This document shows positions 46,434 through 56,059 of a stretch of DNA of 64,000 nucleotides, in pieces; the stretch's first letter is position 1, and every line of letters begins with the position of its first letter. The position numbers and the translations under genes were made by a program. This DNA comes from Candidatus Bathyarchaeota archaeon B24 (GTDB taxonomy: Archaea; Thermoproteota; CALKCG01; B24), in contig LUCB01000012.1 of NCBI GenBank assembly GCA_001593865.1, forward strand, positions 2,485 through 66,484, written 5' to 3'. Under the pieces are notes generated by a model that made no database searches, had not been told where the DNA came from, and was given only the letters and a program-made list of their open reading frames with translations.

Positions 46434-46772
46434 GTACAGGGTGCTTCAGCACCGCAGGTATTCCCCATAACCCCCCCTCCTGAAGACTTAGCCAACCTAG
46501 CTTTAGCCCTAGCCCACCCTGCCAGAATAATTCTTCTAAGAGAATTGAGAGTCTCAAAATATGTATCTGAGCTTGAGAAGACGTTCTCAGATAGATATGG
46601 AGCGCTCTATCACCATCTAAGCGTGCTTCGAAAAATGAATATGGTCAGGCAAGAGAGGGAACGGGGAAAATACGCGGCTACGGTAGTAGGCGTAGCGGCT
46701 TTACTCTTCCTAAACACGCTAGCCTCCATGTTAAACGTGTTAAAGAAACCTTCGGAAAAAATCTTCCTCTGA
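46434..46772 (+). CDS. ArsR/SmtB-family winged-helix regulator; start codon unresolved (no in-frame ATG/GTG/TTG before the HTH; TTG 46545 would truncate helix 1)
   Basis: EDLANLALALAHPARIILLRELRVSKYVSELEKTFSDRYGALYHHLSVLRKMNMV matches the ArsR wHTH pattern; lies in an AT-rich islet. Confidence 0.4.
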   Translation, partial: VQGASAPQVFPITPPPEDLANLALALAHPARIILLRELRVSKYVSELEKTFSDRYGALYHHLSVLRKMNMVRQERERGKYAATVVGVAALLFLNTLASMLNVLKKPSEKIFL

Positions 46773-46851
46773 ATAGTTTTCCAAAAATAGATAGACTTTG
46801 TGATGTTCACATCTAAGTTGAAAGTTCTAGCTTCGAGAAGCGTGTTCATTA

Positions 46852-47037
46852 CTAGGAGCTTCTCCTTCTTCTACGGAGCCTCCATAGGTCGCTACTCACC
46901 GAGATCGACTCATGTCTACGCTCCCAAGCCATGTGCCTGTAGAAGCACCGTTCACAGAAGAACCTGCCACAATACGGACATCTGAAAGTCTTAACAACGG
47001 TTCTACCGCAGGAGTAGCACGTATTACACGTGGACAA
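46852..47037 (-). CDS. Small zinc-ribbon protein (Cys8: CNTCYSCG...CPYCGRFFCERC)
   Basis: Regularly spaced CxxC pairs in a 61-aa ORF; AT-rich context, so this could also be spurious. Confidence 0.35.
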   Translation of the reverse strand: MSTCNTCYSCGRTVVKTFRCPYCGRFFCERCFYRHMAWERRHESISVSSDLWRLRRRRRSS

Positions 47038-47106
47038 ACCGGTTATCCTCCATAAACAAAATAGAGGATGCGCTAATAAATATAGCGTTATTAAAGAAAA
47101 TCGAGT

Positions 47107-48378
47107 TTACTTTTCCTTCAAAAGCTCTTCTAGTATCTCCTTAGCCCTATCTATCCTTATCTTACGTTCTTCCACCATTCTTCGAGCAACCTCATCTATC
47201 AATCGACCGGTCGCCCCCGCCATTATGGCTATGTTCCTAGCATGCAGCTTCATATGCCCCCTCTGAATACCTTCCGTGGCTAAAGCCCTTAAAGCCGCCA
47301 GGTTCTGGGCTAACCCGACCGAAGCCATAACCTCCGCGAGTTCGGAAGCGGTCTTAACGCCCAATATCTTAAGGCATACCCGTGCGAGCGGATTAGACCT
47401 AGTCGCGCCGCCTATGATCCCGACGGCCAAGGGTATTTCTATCGTGCCCACTAGGTCTCCGTCTTCGTTAACCTCCCAAGTGGTCAGAGGCTGATACTTC
47501 CCCGTCCTAGCGGCGTAGGCGTGGGCCCCAGACTCTAAAGCTCTCGTGTCGTTTCCGGTGGCTAGGGCGACGGCTATTATACCGTTCATAATCCCCTTGT
47601 TATGGGTCGCGCATCTGAAGGGGTCTGATTTCGCGAAGTTGTACGCGTAGATTATCCCCTCGACAGCCTCTTCCCCGCCTAGAGCCTCTTTATCGAATAC
47701 GGCCCTAGCCCTCGCAAGCCTATAGACGGCTAAGTTGGAAACTATACGGAGATACACCTTACCGCCCGTGAGCTTCTCGATCATAGGCGCCACGGCCTCG
47801 GCCATCGTGTTGACCGCATTAGCCCCCATAGCGTCTTTAACATCGACTAGGAGGTGGGTTATAACCATCGGCCCTACGTCCGTATCTATAACCCTGACCT
47901 CTAGGTCTTTGGCGCCTCCACCTAGTTTGACGAGTATCGGGTCTTGCTCGTTAGCCTTCTCGAGTATCTCGTCCTTATGAGCTAGTATAGTGTATCTCGC
48001 CCCGTAGGGGTCTGGAACCTTGACGAGCTGGATCTGCCCTATCATAATCGGCTTGGTCGTCGACGCCTGAAACCCTCCCTTAACCCTGGCTATCCTAGCC
48101 GCGTTACTCGCAGCCGCTACGACGCTCGGCTCCTCTATCGCCATAGGCACCATATAATCTCTACCGTTTATCAGGAAATTCACGGCTACCCCCAGCGGTA
48201 TATGCATAACCCCTATGACGTTCTCTATCATCCTATCCGCGAGGGTAAGCTCTAGGCTTCCTGTGTTCTTAAGAAGGGCGACCTCCTCATCGGTTAGACC
48301 CGCGAAATCGGCTACGATACGTAGCCTCTCCTCGGGGCTGAGCTTGTAGAAGCCAGGAATACGAGATGTCTTAGCCAA
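47107..48378 (-). CDS. hmgA: 3-hydroxy-3-methylglutaryl-CoA reductase (class I)
   Basis: Conserved [13 protein letters not shown] and [10 protein letters not shown]...GG motifs; 423 aa. Confidence 0.85.
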   Translation of the reverse strand: MAKTSRIPGFYKLSPEERLRIVADFAGLTDEEVALLKNTGSLELTLADRMIENVIGVMHIPLGVAVNFLINGRDYMVPMAIEEPSVVAAASNAARIARVKGGFQASTTKPIMIGQIQLVKVPDPYGARYTILAHKDEILEKANEQDPILVKLGGGAKDLEVRVIDTDVGPMVITHLLVDVKDAMGANAVNTMAEAVAPMIEKLTGGKVYLRIVSNLAVYRLARARAVFDKEALGGEEAVEGIIYAYNFAKSDPFRCATHNKGIMNGIIAVALATGNDTRALESGAHAYAARTGKYQPLTTWEVNEDGDLVGTIEIPLAVGIIGGATRSNPLARVCLKILGVKTASELAEVMASVGLAQNLAALRALATEGIQRGHMKLHARNIAIMAGATGRLIDEVARRMVEERKIRIDRAKEILEELLKEK

Positions 48379-48429
48379 ACACTACACCTAGATCTTTAAT
48401 TACGCTGTATAGGGGGATAAGGCTTACTA

Positions 48430-48906
48430 ATGACCTATGCGGCGAGGGTAATTCTTAACTATAGTAAACGCTATGAGGGGATCCTGTCGAATCTATACGG
48501 AGAAACCTGGGTGGTGTGGTTGGCTAAGCTTAAGATGATACTGGTCTCCGGTAGGTCTCTCGGGCAGGGTCTGGGGAAAGAGGCTGGTAAGTTCTCAAGC
48601 CGCTACATGGACGCGACGGCTACGTGTCAGCTAGACCCAGAGGATATGGAGAAGCTCGGGGTCTCGGAAGGCGGAAGCGTTAAGATAACGTCGAAACACG
48701 GATGCATAGTGGTTAAAGCGTCCAAATCCAGATACGCTCCCCATAAAGGTGTAGTATTCATAGCCTACGGACCCTGGGTCAACGCCTTGACAAGCCCTGA
48801 AACCCATGGAACCGGTATGCCCGGCTTTAAGGGCTTAGAGGTTGAAGTTGAACCGGTCGAGGAGCCGGTCAAACCGGTGGATGGGCTTCTTAAGGAGGTG
48901 GTCTAG
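48430..48906 (+). CDS. fwdD: Formylmethanofuran dehydrogenase subunit D (molybdopterin-dinucleotide-binding domain protein)
   Basis: ILVSGRSLGQG...YMDATATCQLDPEDMEKLGVSEGGSVKITSKHGCIVVKA...YGPWVN matches the FwdD/MopB C-terminal beta-barrel family pattern. Confidence 0.7.
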   Translation: MTYAARVILNYSKRYEGILSNLYGETWVVWLAKLKMILVSGRSLGQGLGKEAGKFSSRYMDATATCQLDPEDMEKLGVSEGGSVKITSKHGCIVVKASKSRYAPHKGVVFIAYGPWVNALTSPETHGTGMPGFKGLEVEVEPVEEPVKPVDGLLKEVV

Positions 48907-48907
48907 C

Positions 48908-50191
48908 TTGACGGTTATCGAGAACGTTGTATGTCCGTTCTGTGGATGCTGCTGCGACGACTTGGAGGTCGAGGTCGATGCGAATAGGATAGTAAGCGTA
49001 AAGAACGCGTGTGCCTTAGGAAGGGGTAAGTTCCTGAGCATAAACGAGCATAGGTTGCTTAACCCCCTGGTCAAGATGGGTGATGGGCAAGTCGAAGTGG
49101 GCTTAGAAGATGCCGTCGGCAGGGTCGCCGATATGCTCGAGGAATCGGTTTATCCCGTCTTCTACGGGTTCGGCTGCGCGAGCTGCGAGGCTATAAAGCT
49201 ATGCTTAGAGATGGCCGACAGGCTCGGCGGGTTGATAGATAACATAGCCGTGGTATGCCACGGTCCTACGATACTCGGGCTTCAAGACATGGGTATGCCG
49301 TCTGCTACCCTAGGCCAGGTTAGACATAGGGCTGACCTCATAATCTACTGGGGCTGTAACCCGGCTGAGGCTCATCCAAGGCATATGATGCGTTACGGCC
49401 CGCTCTCCAAAGGCCGGTTCGTGCCTGATAGGCGGCATAGGAAGGTCGTGGTCGTCGATATCCGTAGGACTCCCACGGCTAGGGCCGCAGACCTGTTTCT
49501 GCAGGTTCAGCCTAACAGCGACTTCGAGGTTTTAACGGCTTTAAGAAGCCTAGTTAACGGCTTCGACTTGGAGGTCGACGAGGTAGGAGGTGTCCCCGTC
49601 GATATGCTTGAGAAGCTTGCCGATATGATGGTCGAGGCTAGGTTTGGAGCCCTGTTCTTCGGGCTGGGGCTGACTATGAGCTACGGTAGAGAGCGTAACA
49701 TCGAGGCAGCCGTAGCCTTGGTGAGGGACCTGAATAAGAAGACGAAGTTCGTCATGATACCTATGAGAGGGCATTTTAACGTCACAGGTGCCAACGAGGT
49801 TTTCACGTGGCAGACCGGATACCCGTTCTGCGTAGACTTCTCGATGGGTTATCCCAGGTATAATCCGGGTGAAACCTCCGCGGTGGACGTTATGGCTAGG
49901 GGGGAGTGCGACGTATTGTTCGTCGTAGGCGCCGACCCATACAGCCATCTACCCCGTAGCATACTCGAGAAGCTTAAGGATGTGAAAGTCATCGTCTTAG
50001 ACCCCCACATAACTCCCACGGTTAAGGCGGCTGACATAGCCATACCGGTGGCTCACGTAGGCGTCGAGGCGTCTGGAACCGTCTATAGGATGGACGGGGT
50101 CCCCTTGACGCTTAAAAAGGTTGTCGAGCCGCCACCCGGTATACCGTCAGATGTCGATGTTCTTAAGTCTATACTCAGGAGGTTGGTGTAG
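48908..50191 (+). CDS. fwdB: Formylmethanofuran dehydrogenase subunit B (Mo/W-bis-MGD subunit), probable TTG start immediately after the fwdD stop
   Basis: N-terminal VCPFCGCCCDD Cys cluster typical of FwdB, with a molybdopterin-oxidoreductase fold of about 430 aa. Confidence 0.8.
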   Translation: MTVIENVVCPFCGCCCDDLEVEVDANRIVSVKNACALGRGKFLSINEHRLLNPLVKMGDGQVEVGLEDAVGRVADMLEESVYPVFYGFGCASCEAIKLCLEMADRLGGLIDNIAVVCHGPTILGLQDMGMPSATLGQVRHRADLIIYWGCNPAEAHPRHMMRYGPLSKGRFVPDRRHRKVVVVDIRRTPTARAADLFLQVQPNSDFEVLTALRSLVNGFDLEVDEVGGVPVDMLEKLADMMVEARFGALFFGLGLTMSYGRERNIEAAVALVRDLNKKTKFVMIPMRGHFNVTGANEVFTWQTGYPFCVDFSMGYPRYNPGETSAVDVMARGECDVLFVVGADPYSHLPRSILEKLKDVKVIVLDPHITPTVKAADIAIPVAHVGVEASGTVYRMDGVPLTLKKVVEPPPGIPSDVDVLKSILRRLV

Positions 50192-51895
50192 ATGGTTGCT
50201 AAACTCCTTATAAAGAACGGTTTCGTCTACGACCCGTTGAACGGTGTAGACGGGGAGGTCATGGACATAGCTATAGAAAACGGGAAGATAGTGGAGGATG
50301 TCAGCGGAAGCGACGTCAAAGTCATAGACGCATCGGGTATGGTAGTTATGCCCGGAGGGGTCGATATACACAGCCACATAGCCGGCTCCAAGGTCAACTC
50401 AGGTAGAGCACTTAGGCCGGAGGATCATTATGGAGACTATGAGCCTCGTAGACCCGGCTTCAGGTCCGGTGTGGGGTACACCGTACCCTCGACCTTCACG
50501 ATAGGCTACCGATACGTCAAGATGGGCTATACGACCGTCTTCGAACCGGCTACCCCTATGCTCAAGCAGAAGCACACTATAGAGGAGTTGAACGACATAC
50601 CGATCCTAGATAAGGCCTCCTTCCCGCTTGTCGGGGACTGCTGGTTCGTCCTAGAGTACCTCGAAGAAGGTAAACTCAAGGAGTGTGCAGCGTATATAGC
50701 TTGGCTGCTTAAGGCGATCAAGGGATACGCCCTCAAGATAGTCAACCCTGGTGGGTTGGAGGCTTGGGGCTGGGGACGCAACGTGGAGGGGTTGGATGAC
50801 CAGATCCCAGGCTTCAGTCTAACCCCGAGGGAGCTTGTGAGGGGTCTATGTAGGGTCAATAAGATGCTTAATCTCCCCCATCCGATTCACGTCCACGCCA
50901 ATAGGCTGGGTAGGCCTGGCAACTATACGACTCTGATAGAGACTATGGACTGCGTCAGAGACCTCTACGAAGGAGATAAACCCGTCATATATCTGACTCA
51001 CTGTCAGTTCAACTCGTATACCGGTGAAAGCTGGATCGACCTAGGCTCAGGAGCGGCTGAAGTCGCGGACTACGTAAACAAGCATCCGCATGTACTCATC
51101 GACATAGGTCAAGTGATATTCTCGGAAGCCACGACCATGACGGCCGACGGCCCGTTCCAGTTCCAGCTTCACTTGCTGACGGATAACAAGTGGATCAACG
51201 CCGACGTAGAGGCGGAGTCTACGGCCGGTATAGTGCCGTTCAGGTTCAGGAGAAAGAACTACGTGCATGCAGTTCAGTGGATAACCGGTCTTGAACTCGC
51301 ATTGTCTATTAAAGACCCGTGGCGGATGTTTCTGACGACCGACCATCCTAACGCCGGGCCCTTCACCGAGTATCCGAGGGTTATCGCTTGGCTCATAAGC
51401 CGTAGAGCTAGGGAGGCTACGATCAAGCGGGTTAACGGTAGAGCGATCAGGAGGAGCATATTGGAGAGCCTAGACAGAGAATACAGCCTCTACGAGATAG
51501 CGGTAATCACCAGAGCTGGGACGGCTAAGGCGCTTGGGTTGGAGTCTAAGGGGCATCTAGGCGTAGGCGCCGACGCCGACGTAGCGGTCTACGATATAAA
51601 CCCGAGAGAGCTTGATATCTCCAGGGACTATAGACGGGTCAGAAGAGCCTTCAGAAGAGCCGCCTATACGATCAAGGCGGGTGAGATAGTGTGCGTAAAC
51701 GGCGAGCTGGTTAAAAACATGGAAGGTTCGATATACTGGGTTAAGCCAAGCATATCAAGCGACCTCGAGGAGTCTGTCGTCTCAGATATCCGCCGTAAGT
51801 TCAGAGAATATTACACGGTAGAGTTTGAGAACTACCTAGTAGGAGAGGAGTATCTACCCCGTTCAGTGGCCATAGAGGTTGAGGGAGGTGTGTAG
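50192..51895 (+). CDS. fwdA: Formylmethanofuran dehydrogenase subunit A (amidohydrolase superfamily)
   Basis: IKNGFVYDPLNGVDGEVMDIAIENGKIVEDV...VMPGGVDIHSHIAG matches the FwdA N-terminus; 567 aa. Confidence 0.85.
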   Translation: MVAKLLIKNGFVYDPLNGVDGEVMDIAIENGKIVEDVSGSDVKVIDASGMVVMPGGVDIHSHIAGSKVNSGRALRPEDHYGDYEPRRPGFRSGVGYTVPSTFTIGYRYVKMGYTTVFEPATPMLKQKHTIEELNDIPILDKASFPLVGDCWFVLEYLEEGKLKECAAYIAWLLKAIKGYALKIVNPGGLEAWGWGRNVEGLDDQIPGFSLTPRELVRGLCRVNKMLNLPHPIHVHANRLGRPGNYTTLIETMDCVRDLYEGDKPVIYLTHCQFNSYTGESWIDLGSGAAEVADYVNKHPHVLIDIGQVIFSEATTMTADGPFQFQLHLLTDNKWINADVEAESTAGIVPFRFRRKNYVHAVQWITGLELALSIKDPWRMFLTTDHPNAGPFTEYPRVIAWLISRRAREATIKRVNGRAIRRSILESLDREYSLYEIAVITRAGTAKALGLESKGHLGVGADADVAVYDINPRELDISRDYRRVRRAFRRAAYTIKAGEIVCVNGELVKNMEGSIYWVKPSISSDLEESVVSDIRRKFREYYTVEFENYLVGEEYLPRSVAIEVEGGV

Positions 51896-52736
51896 GTTGA
51901 AGGTTTACAGGATAACCCCTGCTTACGAGTTCAAATATCCCGTTCAAGCCGATGTATTGAAGCCTGAGCTGTTCGAGGAAAAGCCTCTCGAAGAAATCCT
52001 CAGCATAGAGGTATACGAGGGTAGGAGAAAACGTCTCCTAGGCGAGCTGTTCAAGGTCGAAGAGACCGGAGAGTCCGAGGAGACGACCTTGGAACTCATC
52101 GGTGACTTTTCCAAGGTTCGTAGAGTGGGTAAGGGGATGACTAAGGGAGTCGTCAAGGTTAAAGGCGTGGCCGGTATAGGCTTTGGAGAGGGTATGCGTG
52201 GCGGTAAGCTCGTGGTCGAAGGCTCCGCTGGTCCATGGTTAGGGGCTAAAATGCGCGGTGGCCTCATAGAGGCTCATGGGAACGTCGGGGACTTCCTAGG
52301 AGGCGCCTATAGGGGTGAAACCGTCGGCATGCGTGGTGGCGCTATAATAGTCCACGGAGACGCTGGGTGGAGCGTAGGGTACAAGATGCGGGACGGGCTG
52401 ATAATAGTCGAAGGAAACGCCGGGGGTTTTCTAGGGACCCACATGACCGGTGGGACGATAGGGGTTAAGGGAGAATGCGGCAGAGGGGTCGGGGCTTTCA
52501 TGAAAGCCGGTAAGATAGTCGTGGTCGGCTATATCCCATCGATCCTGCCGAGCTTCAGCTTCGAAGAGACCCGGCCTAGGGTTAAGCTCGGAGCTGAAAG
52601 GGTTAAGGGTCCACTCTACCTCTTTATAGGAGACTTGAACGAAAAAGGCTCGGGGAGGCTCTTCGTCCACGCCGAAGCTAACAAACATCTATCGTCCTAC
52701 GAACGATTCATAGAGGAGTTCTCAGAAGAGCTTTAG
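51879..52736 (+). CDS. fwdC: Formylmethanofuran dehydrogenase subunit C (GXGXG-repeat beta-helix)
   Basis: Repeated G-x-G-x-RGG / G-N-A/V-G-D motifs (MRGGKLVVEGSAG, MRGGAIIVHGDAG, GLIIVEGNAGG) as in the FwdC/GltB C-terminal domain. Confidence 0.8.
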   Translation: MREVCRLKVYRITPAYEFKYPVQADVLKPELFEEKPLEEILSIEVYEGRRKRLLGELFKVEETGESEETTLELIGDFSKVRRVGKGMTKGVVKVKGVAGIGFGEGMRGGKLVVEGSAGPWLGAKMRGGLIEAHGNVGDFLGGAYRGETVGMRGGAIIVHGDAGWSVGYKMRDGLIIVEGNAGGFLGTHMTGGTIGVKGECGRGVGAFMKAGKIVVVGYIPSILPSFSFEETRPRVKLGAERVKGPLYLFIGDLNEKGSGRLFVHAEANKHLSSYERFIEEFSEEL

Positions 52737-52808
52737 AGACGATTTTACATAATCCACCCTACGTCCATTTATTTTATCCCACGACTTTAAATCTCTATCT
52801 CGACGGGT

Positions 52809-53588
52809 CTACAGTTGCTCCATGATTTTCTTAAGGTTCTCTAGGCATCTTCTCACACATTCGAGCGGTGGATATGCATAGCTTTCCTGCTCTATGATGT
52901 ACCACTCCGTGCCTCCGACGGTTTCACATAGCTTGAGAAACTCCCTCCACTTCATCTCCCCCTCACCTATCAGAGCCTTGGGGTTTGTAGACGAGTACTC
53001 CTTGAGATGGACGGTCATAGCTCTCCCAGGGTATCTCTTTATGATCTCGAGCACCCCGTCGCTGGTAACTCCTCCATACATCGCGTTACCCGTGTCAAGC
53101 TGCATGACGACCTCGGGAACTGTGGCTTTGAAGAATATATCCCATGGAGTCTCCCCGTTCATGGGTTTAAACTCTATATGGTGGTTATGATAGCCTACAT
53201 ACATTCCTTCAGGCTTTAGCTTCTCAGCGATCTCGTTGAACAATTTAGCCGTTTTAAGCCAGGCTTCTTTAGAGTTCCTCATGTTCTCCGGTAGCCAAGG
53301 CACTATGAGAAACTTGTTACCCAGAACGCGGTTGAACTCGATCGTCTTCTCCAACTCGTCTCCAAGTAAGGTGTCGATGGCTATGTGCGTCCCCGCGACC
53401 TTTAACCCCAGCTCGTCTAGTATTCTCCTAAGCTCCTCGGCGCTTCGCCCGTAGTAGCCTGCAAACTCCACTCCATCATAACCCATGTCTGCGACGGCTT
53501 TAAGGGTCTTCTCGAGGTCACGGGCGCAGTCTTCACGAACCGAGTAAAGCTGTAACGCTATAGGGATCTTACCCATACGACCACACAC
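52809..53588 (-). CDS. Sugar-phosphate isomerase/epimerase (xylose-isomerase-like TIM barrel)
   Basis: AP-endonuclease-2/xylose-isomerase-like TIM-barrel pattern (GYDGVEF...HLKEY...); 259 aa. Confidence 0.65.
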   Translation of the reverse strand: MCGRMGKIPIALQLYSVREDCARDLEKTLKAVADMGYDGVEFAGYYGRSAEELRRILDELGLKVAGTHIAIDTLLGDELEKTIEFNRVLGNKFLIVPWLPENMRNSKEAWLKTAKLFNEIAEKLKPEGMYVGYHNHHIEFKPMNGETPWDIFFKATVPEVVMQLDTGNAMYGGVTSDGVLEIIKRYPGRAMTVHLKEYSSTNPKALIGEGEMKWREFLKLCETVGGTEWYIIEQESYAYPPLECVRRCLENLKKIMEQL

Positions 53589-53688
53589 TCCGTTTCAAAG
53601 TAAAGCCCCCCAGAGTTTTAACGCTTACGCTCCTAAAGCCACGTAACGTTTATTACCCCCAACTGTACCATATCTCCGGGGTCTCACC

Positions 53689-54667
53689 ATGAAGTGTTTT
53701 TAGCTTCGCCGTATGGATTCTGACAGCTAGATGCAACCTTAACTGTATCCACTGCTACACGTCCTGGATGAGACGTTTCGAAGAGCTTCCGAGAAGGAAA
53801 CGTATGGAGGTCGCCCACAAGCTCGCGTCGATTTCGCATCACGTTTCTCTAACGGGCGGCGAACCTTTGGTTTTAAAGGATGAGCTGAAGGAGATAATCG
53901 AGACGCTCGTGGAAAACTACGGTGTCACCGTTTCTATGGTCTCAAACATGACTTTAGCCGACGCTGATATGATGAAGTTTCTAGCAGATAAAGAGGTGTA
54001 CCTATATGTATCCGTCGAATCCGCGTCGAGGAAGACTCATGAAACTGTGAGACCCGGCTCTTGGGATAGGCTCGTCAAGGGTCTCGCTATTCTCAGGGAT
54101 CTCGGGGTCGAATACTCGACTGTGACGACCGTGAACCGGATAAACTACTCTGAAGCGTGGAAAGTCCTCGAATTCGCCGATAAATTCGGTGCTGAGTATT
54201 CTTGCTATATTCCCGTGATCCCGGTCGGTAGGGCCGCGGAGACGAGGGTTATGCCCACTCCTAACCAGCTACTAGAGGCGTTTAGGAAGGTCGTCGACGA
54301 AGCGGATAGAGGAGGGTACTATGCCAAATTCTGGTGTAGCCCAGTTCTTAAGCCCTACAGGTCTTCCCGAAACGTCTTCGTTTATGGATGCTCTAGGGGT
54401 GCTTTAGATGTCGCTCCGAACGGCGACATATTGCTATGTGATACGATGGATATAGTGATATCTAACATATTTAAAGAGCCTAAAGAGATCGTTTGGGACT
54501 GCGAGGAAAGCCCCCAGGTAAAACTGTTTGAGTCGATTCCGGAGGAATGCCTCGACTGCCGCTTCAAAGATATTTGTCGGGGTGGCTGTAGGTCTAGGGC
54601 TTACAACGTCTACGGTTCCATGCTTAAACCCGACCCGCTATGCCCGATGCTGTATGGAAATACATAA
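53689..54667 (+). CDS. Radical SAM/SPASM-domain maturase-like protein, disrupted by a frameshift in a T5 run (listed ORF 53768..54667 lacks the CxxxCxxC motif, which is encoded upstream in the -1 frame)
   Basis: ATG 53689 gives MKCF then a stop. Removing one T of TTTTT (53697-53701) yields MKCFSFAVWILTARCNLNCIHCY...TGGEPL, a canonical radical-SAM N-terminus. The C-terminal Cys-rich region (CLDCRFKDICRGGCR) is SPASM-like. Confidence 0.6.
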
Positions 54668-54672
54668 AGGGG

Positions 54673-55179
54673 CTACCAGCATTTGAATCCTTTAAACACG
54701 TTGTTGCCCATGTTGAACAGTACGGGCTTATCCTCCTCAGACACGTAGGCCGTAAGGATCTCGCCGACGAAGATGGTATGGTCTCCGGTGTCGAGAGATG
54801 CCACGACCCTACACTCCATATTGACGGTCGCCTCTCCTATCAGCGGAGGCTTGACGTACTTAGCTTTTACAGGCGTAAGCCCCGTGGCTTTAAACTTATC
54901 GACATCCCTGCCCGAGCGGGTTCCGCAAAACATGATGGCGTCTTCCATACCCTCACTCGGGAATGCTACCACAAACTCTCGCGTCTCAGATATGAGCTTA
55001 TGGCTGTATCTTCCATGGCCTATCGATATGGCTACCATAGGCGGATTACCCGAAGTAGGCATGTTCCAACCCAGCGTTATGATGTTGGGTCTACCCTCCC
55101 TGTCCACCGAGACCACCAGAACTGTTCTCTCAGGATACTTACGTCTCCAGGCTTCCTCTACTGATACCTCTTTCAGCAT
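54673..55179 (-). CDS. Flavin reductase-like FMN-binding protein
   Basis: Split-barrel flavin-reductase pattern (VLVVSVDREGRPNIITLGW...MVAISIG); 168 aa. Confidence 0.75.
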   Translation of the reverse strand: MLKEVSVEEAWRRKYPERTVLVVSVDREGRPNIITLGWNMPTSGNPPMVAISIGHGRYSHKLISETREFVVAFPSEGMEDAIMFCGTRSGRDVDKFKATGLTPVKAKYVKPPLIGEATVNMECRVVASLDTGDHTIFVGEILTAYVSEEDKPVLFNMGNNVFKGFKCW

Positions 55180-55253
55180 AGACCTCGCACCTCTAAAGAT
55201 ACTTAGGTGGAGCTGTTTAAAAATAACTATTATATTCGTCGGAGAGATGGTAT

Positions 55254-55317
55254 GGCGTCGGTTCGCCCGTCTGGCTTCATAGCATAGGCTCAGTAGACTC
55301 TCTTATCATCATCCGCC
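55254..55317 (-). ncRNA. Box C/D sRNA candidate (weaker than the 16556..16623 candidate)
   Basis: Minus strand reads GGCGG-AUGAUGA (C box), 12 nt, CUGA (D'), 9 nt, AUGAAGC (C'-like), 12 nt, CCGA (D-like), CGCC. Textbook spacing and a 4-bp terminal stem, but the D box deviates from CUGA. Confidence 0.35.
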
Positions 55318-55351
55318 GTATAACCTAGAGGGCGTCTAGTGTTAAAAAACG

Positions 55352-55756
55352 TTAGGGTATTTCTAAAACCTCAAACCCCTCTTCTTCGAGGGCTTTAGCT
55401 ATGAACCTTCTATGGCAATACCTCTGTTTCCGTTCGAGACACATGATGCATGTTCTTCTTATGGCTGCTTCCTCGATAAGTCTCTTGAGTCCTCTTTTAA
55501 AATCGTCGGTCTTCATGTAATTCTCGAATCCTCCAGTCCTATATCCTCCCAAGAGGTCTCCAAGCCAGAGATAGGCTATTCCCTTTTTCGCTAAAATCTC
55601 AGCAAGCCTATCCCTCCTATACGCTTCAAACTTGGATACCGGAAACCTCCTGATGTCTACGACAAGCTCTATACGGTTCTCTCTGAGCTTTTCTAGAAAC
55701 TCCTCGATGCTTCTACCCGAGTAGCCTATACACCACACGCGTCTAATCGAGGACAC
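55352..55756 (-). CDS. DUF488-family protein
   Basis: CIGYSGRSIEEFLEKLRENRIELVVDIRRFP pattern of DUF488; 134 aa. Confidence 0.6.
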   Translation of the reverse strand: MSSIRRVWCIGYSGRSIEEFLEKLRENRIELVVDIRRFPVSKFEAYRRDRLAEILAKKGIAYLWLGDLLGGYRTGGFENYMKTDDFKRGLKRLIEEAAIRRTCIMCLERKQRYCHRRFIAKALEEEGFEVLEIP

Positions 55757-56059
55757 CTCCTAACGCGGATAGGTTCCAAACCTCCTAGCGGCTCAGCATA
55801 GCCTAATAATTCTCCAGATACGACGTTATAATGTACGGTATTGCTCGAGCTTAAGAATATGACCCCCACCAGGCGAAGTAGCCTCTATGACGTTTAAGTT
55901 TTCACGCTCAACACTACCTCATAGACAACGGGGGTCTATCCAGAATCTTAGACCCTACCGGAGTATCTATACCGAGTTTTAACGATTTTAGCGGACTACG
56001 TGGTTGGTCGTGAAAACCGTAATATAGAGGCTTTCTGGAATTATCGGATCGGTGGCTTT

